In this document: piece by piece, positions 27,948 to 36,834 of the stretch
How the letters are laid out: each line of letters begins with the position of its first letter
Position numbering within the stretch: position 1 is the first letter of the stretch
Origin: a virus
Lineage: Duplodnaviria; Caudoviricetes
IMG/VR virus record: IMGVR_UViG_3300020129_000041
Span: 1-52,946 of that record
Length of the DNA: 52,946 nucleotides
Reading direction: 5' to 3' (one strand)
Notes under the pieces: model-generated
Seen by the model: the letters and a program-made list of their open reading frames with translations, nothing else
Told to the model about the DNA's origin: nothing
Databases searched by the model: none
Translations under genes and position numbers: made by a program

Positions 27948-28726
27948 GCCGCCTCCATGAGTTTCCGGTCAAGCAGATGCGCTATCGCTTCGCCGCTGGC
28001 GATCTCGCCGATTCGCCACTGCGCCCAGATCAGGCGCCGGAACATCGCAAGCCGCGCGGCTTGGTCAGTGTTCGGCTCAACGGTCCCGAACTGCTCGAGC
28101 GGTCGGCCAGCGCCGGCCCCGATCCAGTGCTGGAACCCGTACCAGACCGGAACGCCGAGCATGAGCGCGCCTAACGCGGCCGCGCTATTCCAGGTTGCGA
28201 CCGCCGAAATATCGGCCAGATCACGCGCCAGCGCGACCTTTGGCGGATTCGTGCCCGGGTGCGGCCTGATGCGTCCGCCGTACTTGGCGCGCGTCCTTTC
28301 CGCCCATTGCGGCGGGGAGGCAATGCCAGGTTCTCCAATCCCGCGCTGCGCGAGCACCAGCAAGCAGCCAGAACGCTCGCGGAAAGGCGCTAGATCGATG
28401 CCTAATGCATCCCAGCGCTCGGGGTCGCCCTCAGACCAAGTCCCCGCGCCCGCATGGTGTCCTAGGGCCATTGCGAGCCAGGTATCGCCACGCCAGGACT
28501 TGCCTAGATAGCCGTTTTCGACCACGAGCACGGCCGCGCCAGCGCGCTCGTACTGCTTAGCAGCCTCTGCGCTCGCTCCGTAACGGTTCCAGATCACCAA
28601 GGCGTCGCCTGGTGCCGGGTCCGGAATCGACGGCCTGACCGAGAAGCCGGCGGCCGACAGACCCTTCAGGAACGCTGCCCGCCGGTCCTTAAGAGAATCC
28701 CGGATCATGCAGCAGGCGCGGTTCAT
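27944..28726 (-). CDS. KpsS/KpsC-like capsule-polysaccharide glycosyltransferase
   Basis: ENGY, R.HP, TWNS.AA..A...GVP, L..AQW...EI..G motifs. Confidence 0.7.
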   Translation of the reverse strand: MNRACCMIRDSLKDRRAAFLKGLSAAGFSVRPSIPDPAPGDALVIWNRYGASAEAAKQYERAGAAVLVVENGYLGKSWRGDTWLAMALGHHAGAGTWSEGDPERWDALGIDLAPFRERSGCLLVLAQRGIGEPGIASPPQWAERTRAKYGGRIRPHPGTNPPKVALARDLADISAVATWNSAAALGALMLGVPVWYGFQHWIGAGAGRPLEQFGTVEPNTDQAARLAMFRRLIWAQWRIGEIASGEAIAHLLDRKLMEAA

Positions 28727-29484
28727 GCCAGCGCCTCGTCCAGTTTCACGCGCGGGAAGCAGGTCAGGCGCGTGCGCCGGCTGGCATTCCTAACAACGAC
28801 GCCCATTTCTGCCAAGCCCCACGCCAATCGGACGAAATTAGCCGCCCAGATCTCGTATTGCGGAACGCTATGCATGGGCCGCGGGTGATCGCCATGCCAG
28901 TGCGAGCGCCCAACAGCGTCTGCTCCGACGTCGAAGCCGAGCAGAACGATCCGCGCCGCTCCGACTTGATATGCCAGGCCAACCGCCTGATAGCCTCCGT
29001 TCGCACCCTGGTTGATGACTCCGATGCGCTTGCCGAGTCCCGGCTTGGTCTCGCTTCGCACCAAGTGTAGCCGCGTCCATTTCTTCGCGGCGACCTCGTC
29101 CTGGGTCCAAAGCTGGCCGGCGAATGAGTCGAGTTTCTGGTAAAAGGCGTTCCACCAGCGACCGTCGCAGGCGTAGAGGACATCGGCCCAGGGCGCGCGC
29201 TGGTAACTGTTATTGACCACAATCACCCGGCGATCCCTGCCATTGCGCCACGCGCCGACAGCCTCGCAATCCTCAACCGTCAGGCTCGGGCCGCTCGCGA
29301 TCACGACCACGGAAGCGCCGCGCCACGGCAGCGCATCCCAATATAGCCGCTGGCCGACCGGCGCGGCCGCGCCTTCGCTGACCAGTTGCAGAGCGGTCCG
29401 CTCACAGTCGGCAACGAATTCCTGCCCGTCGGCGATCGTTCCGACGCCGATATCCAAGTTTCGGAGGGCGACTAGGCGGGTCAA
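28723..29484 (-). CDS. Maf/MptE-like (DUF115-type) transferase with an N-terminal capsid-accessory-like domain
   Basis: IASGPSL, VVN, D..YA.D..WW, G.QAV.LA...GA..I.LLGFD motifs. Confidence 0.7.
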   Translation of the reverse strand: MTRLVALRNLDIGVGTIADGQEFVADCERTALQLVSEGAAAPVGQRLYWDALPWRGASVVVIASGPSLTVEDCEAVGAWRNGRDRRVIVVNNSYQRAPWADVLYACDGRWWNAFYQKLDSFAGQLWTQDEVAAKKWTRLHLVRSETKPGLGKRIGVINQGANGGYQAVGLAYQVGAARIVLLGFDVGADAVGRSHWHGDHPRPMHSVPQYEIWAANFVRLAWGLAEMGVVVRNASRRTRLTCFPRVKLDEALA

Positions 29485-29798
29485 GCTTCCCTCACCGGGA
29501 GTATCGAGAGCTTCTGGAAGATGCAGCCGTCAGCGCGTTCCACGGTCGCCCGTACCCGATAATCGGCGCCGACCACGCCTCCGCGCATCAGTTGGAACAT
29601 CGCCCCATCCTCCATCCAAGGCTCCGAATCAAGTATAGCCTTCGGGTCAGGATCCTGGACGCGGGAACTCGAATCAATTTCAGCCTCCACGTGCAGCGAT
29701 TTCGCCGCCATCCCGCCGAGTTCCGACCGGAAGTCCCAAGAGATCGGCAACCGCTCCGCCGGGTATTTGAGGTTCAGTCTCACGCCGCTTCCCTCCAT
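29481..29798 (-). CDS. fibre/virion adaptor protein
   Basis: K.P.E......DF and GG..G..Y motifs. Confidence 0.6.
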   Translation of the reverse strand: MEGSGVRLNLKYPAERLPISWDFRSELGGMAAKSLHVEAEIDSSSRVQDPDPKAILDSEPWMEDGAMFQLMRGGVVGADYRVRATVERADGCIFQKLSILPVREA

Positions 29799-30715
29799 TC
29801 GCGCTCATCGAAGGCGCGCAACTCATCGTTGTGGAAGGATCGCGACTCCTCGTTTAGCCGCCCGCGCTGTTCCATTTGGTCAAAGTTCCGATAGCCAACC
29901 GCCAGCGATGCCCCTTCGGCAACAGCGGATGCCATTCCCGACGCCGTTCCTGCGGCGCTTGCAATGGACCTAGCATCACCCTTCGATATCGCGCCAGCGA
30001 CCGCGTATGCGGACGCAGACCGGACCATGACAAAGCGGATCGGACCGAGGCCAGGTGGGCCGCCAGTTCCGACGTTTACTTCGGCGTGCGGCGTGACGCC
30101 GCGGGCAGACGAACTGCCGTTCGCTATCCCGGTAGCCTGAGCGATCTCACCCGATGCGGCTGCTGCGCTGGCGGCTCCGAGAGCGGTCCCGCTCGCGGCC
30201 CACAGCGAGCGAGCGTGACCGACGGCGGCGCTCGAGCCGGATGCCATTCCTGCGGCTTCGTCGGCTTCCTCCGACGCCCCGACCGCGGACGCCGAGCCAA
30301 GAGCCGAGCCGACCGCGCGTTTGAGCGCTGCGGAGACTGCGGCGGCGATCGATGATCCAGATGCGGTGCCATTGGCAGAAAACAGTTCCCGGCCGACCGC
30401 TGCGGCAGTCGAAACCCCTGATGCTGAGCCGACTGCTTTGTCTGTTTCCCGACCAACGGCGGCGGCGGTAGCGTGTCCGCTTGCCGCGCCAACCGCAGTT
30501 CCAACTTCCTTCCCGACGGCCGAAGCGGTCGCATGACCTGACGCGCTGCCAACCGCAATGCCAAGTTCGGCGCCAACGGCGGACGCGGTTGCTTGTCCTG
30601 TCGCCGTACCGACACCAGATACGAGCAAGACTAACGGCCGATCGATCGTCCACGACGCGAGGTCGCTCGACTGCCCGGGGTCAGTGAATAGATTGGACGA
30701 CCAAAGAAAGATCAT
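29780..30715 (-). CDS. Ala/Ser/Gly-rich repetitive virion protein
   Basis: About 8 repeats of ~20 aa (AVG.ASG.ATA.AVG). Confidence 0.7.
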   Translation of the reverse strand: MIFLWSSNLFTDPGQSSDLASWTIDRPLVLLVSGVGTATGQATASAVGAELGIAVGSASGHATASAVGKEVGTAVGAASGHATAAAVGRETDKAVGSASGVSTAAAVGRELFSANGTASGSSIAAAVSAALKRAVGSALGSASAVGASEEADEAAGMASGSSAAVGHARSLWAASGTALGAASAAAASGEIAQATGIANGSSSARGVTPHAEVNVGTGGPPGLGPIRFVMVRSASAYAVAGAISKGDARSIASAAGTASGMASAVAEGASLAVGYRNFDQMEQRGRLNEESRSFHNDELRAFDEREWREAA

Positions 30716-31341
30716 ACCTGCACCGTGCTAATCAGGAATGACAGCTCGCGAGCACCGGTCGCCGCGAAGCGAATCGCGATGCTGTTCCCATTCAGATCGG
30801 CAGCCGCGAAGCTTACCTTATACCAGCCGTTGGATATTTCCGTGATCGTGGCGATGTTTGTCAGGTCGGCAAACGCCCCACCGTCAATCGCCGCCTGCGA
30901 ATTGCCTGCCGTGCGGAGCGACGCCTGCAACCCCGTCTTCAACACGCCCGACGTGTCGAACATGGCGAACATGAAGTTCGCGAGTGCCGCGTTCTTCTTG
31001 ATGCCTTGCACGTTAGTGAGCGTCACACCCGCTGCCGTCGTGTTGATGCAGAGAAAGAAATCAGCCCATTCCTTCGGCGACGTCTGGTCGATTCCCACAA
31101 CCGTGATGACGTCTCCGTTCATTTCCGCCGCCGACAGGGAGAGCAATACTGCTACCGTTGCGGATGGGCTAACGCTCGGCAGCGTTCCCAAATTGGTTAA
31201 GCCTCCGCCATCGATATCGACCTTGAAATCGCCAGTGGCAAGCGTCGGATTGCTCCTGAACGAACCGACGGCCGTCATATCGTTCAACGCTATACGCCTG
31301 GTCCACGCTTGATTCTTGATTGGCGGGTTTGCGTTAGCCAT
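30712..31341 (-). CDS. virion protein with two tandem homologous beta domains
   Basis: IDGG...LSAAEMNG and IDGG...FAAADLNG. Confidence 0.7.
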   Translation of the reverse strand: MANANPPIKNQAWTRRIALNDMTAVGSFRSNPTLATGDFKVDIDGGGLTNLGTLPSVSPSATVAVLLSLSAAEMNGDVITVVGIDQTSPKEWADFFLCINTTAAGVTLTNVQGIKKNAALANFMFAMFDTSGVLKTGLQASLRTAGNSQAAIDGGAFADLTNIATITEISNGWYKVSFAAADLNGNSIAIRFAATGARELSFLISTVQV

Positions 31342-32562
31342 TTACATGGTCGCCAGGATAGGCGCCCCGGCCATATTGTTGGATGACGTATTGGCCGGGT
31401 AGTTCGTGGCTACGTTGAAGCAGCGCGTCGCTAGACAATTAAAGCTCACGAGAGTGAGTCCAAGGCTTGCATCGCAATCGGTAAAGTTTGTGAAGATAGC
31501 CAAGGAAAACGCGCCAGATGGAATTACGATCTTGTAGTGTCCGCTCCCTGGAGTGGTGGATACAAAGTTTGCAGAAGAAGTCGTGGTGGTCGTCCCCGAG
31601 GTAGCGAACTGACCACTCACGGTCATCTTCTGACCCGCGGTGATGGTGTAGGTCTTTGGACCGCCGCTAAGAGCAGAGTTGTTCAAGATGCCAAGCGTGA
31701 AGTCAGAGCCAGCAAAAGTCAGTGCTGCATTCGGTAACGTGAACGTATGCGTAGCAGGCAAAGTATTCGTGCCACTCCATGTGATCGTTGCCGCAGCAGC
31801 TACCACGATCGTAACGGTAGCAGCCCAACCCGTTCCCAAAACCAACGTGCAACTGGACTGCAAGTTCAAGCTCGGTGTCGAGGCACCGGTTGTTGTGCCG
31901 CTCGTATAACTCAGCGTCCCGGTTCCGTATTTAACCGATCCGCTAACAGTGAAAGTATTTGCTCCAGCCGCGATAGTGAGGTTGTTATTGATTGTCCCGC
32001 CGCCGGAAGTCCACGTCGTCGTCGATATTGCCGACGTGATGTTGATGAGAGTCGTCCCCGTAATTGAACCCGAGGTCAAGCCATTGAAGTTTCCGCCGGC
32101 AACATTTATCGTGTGTCCATTCACGACAACATTGCTAGAACCGGACCCAAAATTAAGAGTGGAACTTGGAGCAATAAGTCCTCCAACAGTCCAATCGTCG
32201 CCTAGCGTGTAAGTGTTTGCTCCCTGCAAGTTAAGACTGCCCTGCCACGCCTTGCCACCGCTCGTCATGGTGAGCGTGCCATTAAGCGTAATCGTAGCCG
32301 TCCCGGATGCGGCGACCAAGGTCATTCCAGAAACGAATTTTAGAGTGCTGGTGAGCGTCAGAACAATGGAGCCGTTAATCGTGAACGTACCAACGTAATT
32401 CGTGAAGTCAAGCGACGCGCAAGCGGCATTCGCCGTTACTGTCAGATTGCCAGAGGAAGCGGTCGCGGTTACCGTGTCCCCGGCTACTGGCACCTGCGCA
32501 GGAGACCAACTGGCGGTCGAGTTCCAGTTCCCTCCGGCATTGCTGATGACGATTGCGGTCAT
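31342..32562 (-). CDS. Thr/Ser/Gly-rich beta-helix-like fibre or decoration protein
   Basis: GNWN....W....VP..GD N-terminus. Passenger-like repeats. Confidence 0.65.
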   Translation of the reverse strand: MTAIVISNAGGNWNSTASWSPAQVPVAGDTVTATASSGNLTVTANAACASLDFTNYVGTFTINGSIVLTLTSTLKFVSGMTLVAASGTATITLNGTLTMTSGGKAWQGSLNLQGANTYTLGDDWTVGGLIAPSSTLNFGSGSSNVVVNGHTINVAGGNFNGLTSGSITGTTLINITSAISTTTWTSGGGTINNNLTIAAGANTFTVSGSVKYGTGTLSYTSGTTTGASTPSLNLQSSCTLVLGTGWAATVTIVVAAAATITWSGTNTLPATHTFTLPNAALTFAGSDFTLGILNNSALSGGPKTYTITAGQKMTVSGQFATSGTTTTTSSANFVSTTPGSGHYKIVIPSGAFSLAIFTNFTDCDASLGLTLVSFNCLATRCFNVATNYPANTSSNNMAGAPILATM

Positions 32563-35500
32563 GGCTTAAACGAGAACCGAGCTTGTGTTTGGACACCGGG
32601 AAACTTCGGCAGCTTCGCCGCGAGCGCAGCGTGATACCAGGAGTAGCAAGCATCAGCACCCGCTACGAGCATCGTCTTGGCAAGCGCGAGCGCCGCATCC
32701 AGGTGCAGATAGAACGACAGATAGCCGTGCGGCGGGTAGGAAGTCAGGTCCGGTATCAGCGTCTTGCCATCCCATCCCGCATCATTGATCGGCCAAAACT
32801 GCGGATAGGATGAGGCGTCAGTGTCAGAGTGCCCATCGCTGCCATGCTTATAGTACGCCCAGCAATCCGCCCAGTTGATCGGCGCGGTTGCATCGCTGCT
32901 GATCGGCTGCGGATATTGGGTATAGTCGCTATACGCTGCCGTGTTCTTGTTCGGGATCGAGTAGTACGGCATCGGCCATTGCCGATTCCAGCCGCTGGTG
33001 CCGTTGGTCATCGCGATCTGTTTGCCGATAGACCAATTAAAGACGGGCGTCCATTCCGAGAATCCCATCTGTACGCCGATGCCGACCTGCGTCGATAGCC
33101 ACGCACCTTGCCATGACGAGCAGATGTTCGTATGCGTCCACTCGCGGAACATCGAGTGGATGCGCGCGGGCGCGTTGACGAACTGCATCGAGAACGCGAG
33201 GTTGTCGTCGAGGCACGCCTTGAAGTACGAGCGCGGTTGCAGCCACATCGGGACGCTTGTCGGCGTCGATGCCGCAGCGAGGAACAGATCACGCAAGCCC
33301 CAAGCGTAGCAGCGCGTCTCGCCAGGATAGATGAGGCCCGGGAGCTTCTGGAGTTGACGCGGCCCGAGGTCATAGAGAATGCGCCGATTGATCCCGAACT
33401 GTAACGCCTCGAGCATGAACGGATCATCGGTCAGGAGCCACGGCGCGTTGGCGTTCGCGTACCAGTGTGCGCCGCCATCGATGCCGACGAAGCCCGGATT
33501 GGCCGGCCCGGCATCATAGCGGGAGTGCGGCGTCGCGTTGAGCGCGCCGCCTTCGTTGCTCACGGCGCTGGTCAGATCCCGGCACATGAGCATCGAGCCA
33601 TCCGCCGCGCGAATATGCATCGGGAAGTTGCCGGTCCACTCGCCTTCAGTGCGCAGGGTGCGCAGATTGTTCGCTGCGCCAAATATCGCGTAGCTTGCGG
33701 CGCTCTCGGTAAGGTGTCCGAGCTCGTCATGATCGCCACCGGCAGCGGTTGCCGGAGTGAAACCGCCGGTAAACATGCCGGGGTTTGGCTGCGTCAGCGG
33801 CCCCGGCCACGCGACGTCTGCGCCATATGAGCCCTGGCCGAACATTCCATCCGTGGCGAAGTTCGGGATCCACTTCCGAGCGATTAATGTCGCTGGAGTG
33901 CGAACGACCGGCCGCATCGAAGATTGGTGCCGCCAACGCGAATACCACCAATGCTTGGCGATCGCGTAAGTTGCGAGCGTCTTGCCAACCTTGCTGACGG
34001 TCGCCGTATACGGTCCAACGTCGACCGGAGTCCCGACTGTCGCACGCCCGTACTCGACGACGATCTCGTCGCGCCAGCCAGCGGCGGGCGCGACGATACG
34101 CGCCCCGGTAGCATCGGCGTCCACGCGAAACCAGATGCGCCAATCGGGAAACGCGGCCGACATGCAGAGATACGACTTCTGTCGCACGAACTCGCCGACG
34201 AAATCGCCCATATCGGCCGCGCCCTTTCCCGCGAAGGCTGCCACCTTGCCGCCACCGAAGTCGAGCGTGATCGCGAGATCATCTACGTTCGACTGCTTAC
34301 TCGGTGACGGCAGGCTAGGGTTTACTGCATTTCCCGGAGGTCGGTAGACCCATGTTCGCGGCTTCGTCAGATTGTTTCCGTCCTTGTCGCTGTTCCATAG
34401 GAACACGAAGCATCCGCTGGCGTCATCGAAGGCTACGCAGTGCGACTCGGAGCAGATATTTACTCCGGTAGGATTGTCAGGATTCGGCTCGACCGTGACG
34501 ACGCTGGTACTCCATACGCGCGTCACCGGATCGAGTTCGTAGTGTGTGCCGTCCAGGATCATGCCGCCGAACTTCTTGCTCCAATTGTTGCGCCGCGAAT
34601 TCGAATTCTTGCTCCACTTCCACGTCGGGACCGGCCCTGTGCATGGCACAAGGATGCAAGTGCTCGCCGCGAAGTTGGCGCGGTTCAGTGTGACTTCATA
34701 AAGCTTGTACGGCAGCGGTGTCTGCGCCGAGCCGCCGTAGTCGTTCGCCACAATGTAAAACTTGTCGTTTTCTGGCCAATACGCCATTGAGTGCGCTTCG
34801 ATGGATGCGCCTGGCGCGCCGGCTGTCGCGACGCTCGGCCCTTTTTGCACTACCACGTCCGAGCCGCCCAGCGTAACGAGCCAGAAGTTCGCGGCTCCAT
34901 CCTGGCGATCATTCGACACGATCAGCACCTTGCCCGTAACCGGGTCGAGAACTCCCGCACCCGCATTCGACCACGCCTGTCCCCCACGATGGTCTTCAAC
35001 TCCGCCCGTGAAGTCGCCCGTCTTGATCGCGGAGAACGCGTACTGCCCCGAATCCAGGTCGTACCAAAACATCCGGCCGCCCCAGTACGTACCGCTCGTG
35101 ACGCCAGGGAGATAATCCGGCTGACCCCGCCCGGTGAGGCAATAGAGGTAGCGATGCCCGCCAGTATCAACTCGGAAAATCAGTTGATAAGTATGGCGAG
35201 CGGTCGGGTGGTTCGTGCTTATATAGCGCCCGAAGTTGAGATCGATATTCGCGACCGTCATATCTGCGACGTTCGTCGGCGCGTGAACGTTCGACCAAGT
35301 AAGCGTGACGAGATCGAACACCCGAATCGTCGTCTCCTGCGACGGGCCATGGCCGCCCCCGCGCAGGTAGACCTTGTCGCCGATAATCTCTGCGCAAAGG
35401 CCGCTGTCGTCCACGATGCTCGCGGCCCGCAATCCGTTCGTGCTGAACTGCGGGTCTGGGTTTGCGTAAGGCCCGAGATTCCGCGCCGTATTCGCGGGCA

Positions 35501-35837
35501 GATCGGCGAAGCGGCTCGTCGTCGCAGTCGCAACCGTTACCAACGCACTCGCCGTCGCGCTGCCGGCGCTGTTCGTCGCCCCGAGCGCAAAGGTGTGGTT
35601 GGCCGTCACCGGCAGCGTCACCGGCAAGCTTGGCAGCGCAACGCCGTCCAGAGTAAGTGTCGGCGCCGGGCTTCCGCCAATCGTCGCCGATAGCGTGACG
35701 CTGCCGCCACCGACTGGCAATGTTGCCGGGACCACCGCGAAACTAGTGATCGTTGGAGCAACGGGTGGAGCGCTAAGAGACTGCGCCGTCGCCAGCGCCG
35801 TTTGCAAATCAGTAATAACCGTTGCAACGGTCGCCAT
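32559..35837 (-). CDS. 1092-aa virion-associated protein (Ig-like + propeller-like + helical domain)
   Basis: PTITSF...P Ig-like start, Kelch-like GG/FD/W spacing, Trp/Tyr-rich C-terminal half. Confidence 0.7.
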   Translation of the reverse strand: MATVATVITDLQTALATAQSLSAPPVAPTITSFAVVPATLPVGGGSVTLSATIGGSPAPTLTLDGVALPSLPVTLPVTANHTFALGATNSAGSATASALVTVATATTSRFADLPANTARNLGPYANPDPQFSTNGLRAASIVDDSGLCAEIIGDKVYLRGGGHGPSQETTIRVFDLVTLTWSNVHAPTNVADMTVANIDLNFGRYISTNHPTARHTYQLIFRVDTGGHRYLYCLTGRGQPDYLPGVTSGTYWGGRMFWYDLDSGQYAFSAIKTGDFTGGVEDHRGGQAWSNAGAGVLDPVTGKVLIVSNDRQDGAANFWLVTLGGSDVVVQKGPSVATAGAPGASIEAHSMAYWPENDKFYIVANDYGGSAQTPLPYKLYEVTLNRANFAASTCILVPCTGPVPTWKWSKNSNSRRNNWSKKFGGMILDGTHYELDPVTRVWSTSVVTVEPNPDNPTGVNICSESHCVAFDDASGCFVFLWNSDKDGNNLTKPRTWVYRPPGNAVNPSLPSPSKQSNVDDLAITLDFGGGKVAAFAGKGAADMGDFVGEFVRQKSYLCMSAAFPDWRIWFRVDADATGARIVAPAAGWRDEIVVEYGRATVGTPVDVGPYTATVSKVGKTLATYAIAKHWWYSRWRHQSSMRPVVRTPATLIARKWIPNFATDGMFGQGSYGADVAWPGPLTQPNPGMFTGGFTPATAAGGDHDELGHLTESAASYAIFGAANNLRTLRTEGEWTGNFPMHIRAADGSMLMCRDLTSAVSNEGGALNATPHSRYDAGPANPGFVGIDGGAHWYANANAPWLLTDDPFMLEALQFGINRRILYDLGPRQLQKLPGLIYPGETRCYAWGLRDLFLAAASTPTSVPMWLQPRSYFKACLDDNLAFSMQFVNAPARIHSMFREWTHTNICSSWQGAWLSTQVGIGVQMGFSEWTPVFNWSIGKQIAMTNGTSGWNRQWPMPYYSIPNKNTAAYSDYTQYPQPISSDATAPINWADCWAYYKHGSDGHSDTDASSYPQFWPINDAGWDGKTLIPDLTSYPPHGYLSFYLHLDAALALAKTMLVAGADACYSWYHAALAAKLPKFPGVQTQARFSFKP

Positions 35838-35840
35838 TAT

Positions 35841-36068
35841 TCACGCCTTCAGGGCATTCTCGACTGCGTCCGCCGCTGCTTGCACATTGGCAAGTTTCGC
35901 TGTCAGTTTCGCGTCGTCGGCTGTAACATTCGCGAGGCTTGCTTGCAAAGTGGATACTTGGGCCTGTGCTGCGGTCAGTAGATCCATCGGCGACTGCGTG
36001 CCAGCGACCGAGCAAGCATCCTGAAGTGCGGTCTGAATCTCTGTTACGACGTCCGTGATGGTTGCCAT
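35841..36068 (-). CDS. small coiled-coil protein
   Basis: AAGGA RBS. Heptad pattern. Confidence 0.65.
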   Translation of the reverse strand: MATITDVVTEIQTALQDACSVAGTQSPMDLLTAAQAQVSTLQASLANVTADDAKLTAKLANVQAAADAVENALKA

Positions 36069-36081
36069 GTTTGTTTCCTTC

Positions 36082-36369
36082 TCAGTTCCTACGTTGACCG
36101 AAAAAATCCTTCTCCTGAATCTGACCGCCGATTCCAACAGCCTTTCCGACAGCCGCCATTACCAGTCTTGGCCTTGGGACCGGCCGCAGTGCCATAGCGA
36201 GTTCCGCGTCATGGACCGTTATCCATTTCCCGTCGGGCAGGTATTGATTCAACTCCGCGACCATAGCCTGATAATCCAGACTGAGCCGCGCGCTATACAA
36301 GTTCGGGTTCGCATCGATCGCCGCCCTCAGCGAACCGAAGTCGCGAACAGCGCTCTGCGGCTTCGCCAT
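36082..36369 (-). CDS. hypothetical protein
   Basis: TAATG-coupled to the upstream gene. Confidence 0.5.
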   Translation of the reverse strand: MAKPQSAVRDFGSLRAAIDANPNLYSARLSLDYQAMVAELNQYLPDGKWITVHDAELAMALRPVPRPRLVMAAVGKAVGIGGQIQEKDFFGQRRN

Positions 36370-36815
36370 TAGGACTCCGTAATGGTCGTAGCCGTCGTCA
36401 GCTGCGGCGTCACCCCGCCTCCCGCGCTGACCGAGATAGTCGGCGCTATCGTCCCGAAGTGGAATATCACGCCAGCTCCAGCGCTTGCAACTGAGCCAGT
36501 GAAAAAATCCGTCTCCACTTCCGCGCTGCCGACTCCCGACTGCGGGAAAGATACCGTCGCAACAGGCGAGATCGATTGGCCCGAGATGCTATGACCGCCT
36601 GACGTTCGCGCCACCGCTTGGCGAACGTAGTTCGTGTATGCGGCCTCGTTCGTCGTTTCGTTGCCAGTCGCGCCAGGACTCGCGGTGCATAGTCCCCAAT
36701 AGATATTGGTCAGCGGCGTGCCCGTATCGTTGACGGCGATCCCTGTCCACGTCACCGCTTGATAGAGCAGTTTGAGGAAATTCGCGGAAGTTGTATTGCC
36801 TTTGCCAGTAGCCAT
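36369..36815 (-). CDS. virion structural (head fibre/decoration-type) protein
   Basis: Y..L.TA.PG..G.....E..Y..Y.R.AV.R motif. GGAG RBS. Confidence 0.7.
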   Translation of the reverse strand: MATGKGNTTSANFLKLLYQAVTWTGIAVNDTGTPLTNIYWGLCTASPGATGNETTNEAAYTNYVRQAVARTSGGHSISGQSISPVATVSFPQSGVGSAEVETDFFTGSVASAGAGVIFHFGTIAPTISVSAGGGVTPQLTTATTITES

Positions 36816-36834
36816 CTTGTCTCCAGTCGATCCG

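Noticed and set aside
24776-29484. GT cluster as DNA hypermodification or O-antigen conversion
   Set aside because: It lies in the late structural operon, with no base-hydroxylase or nucleotide genes and no GtrAB-like membrane proteins. Disfavoured, not excluded.
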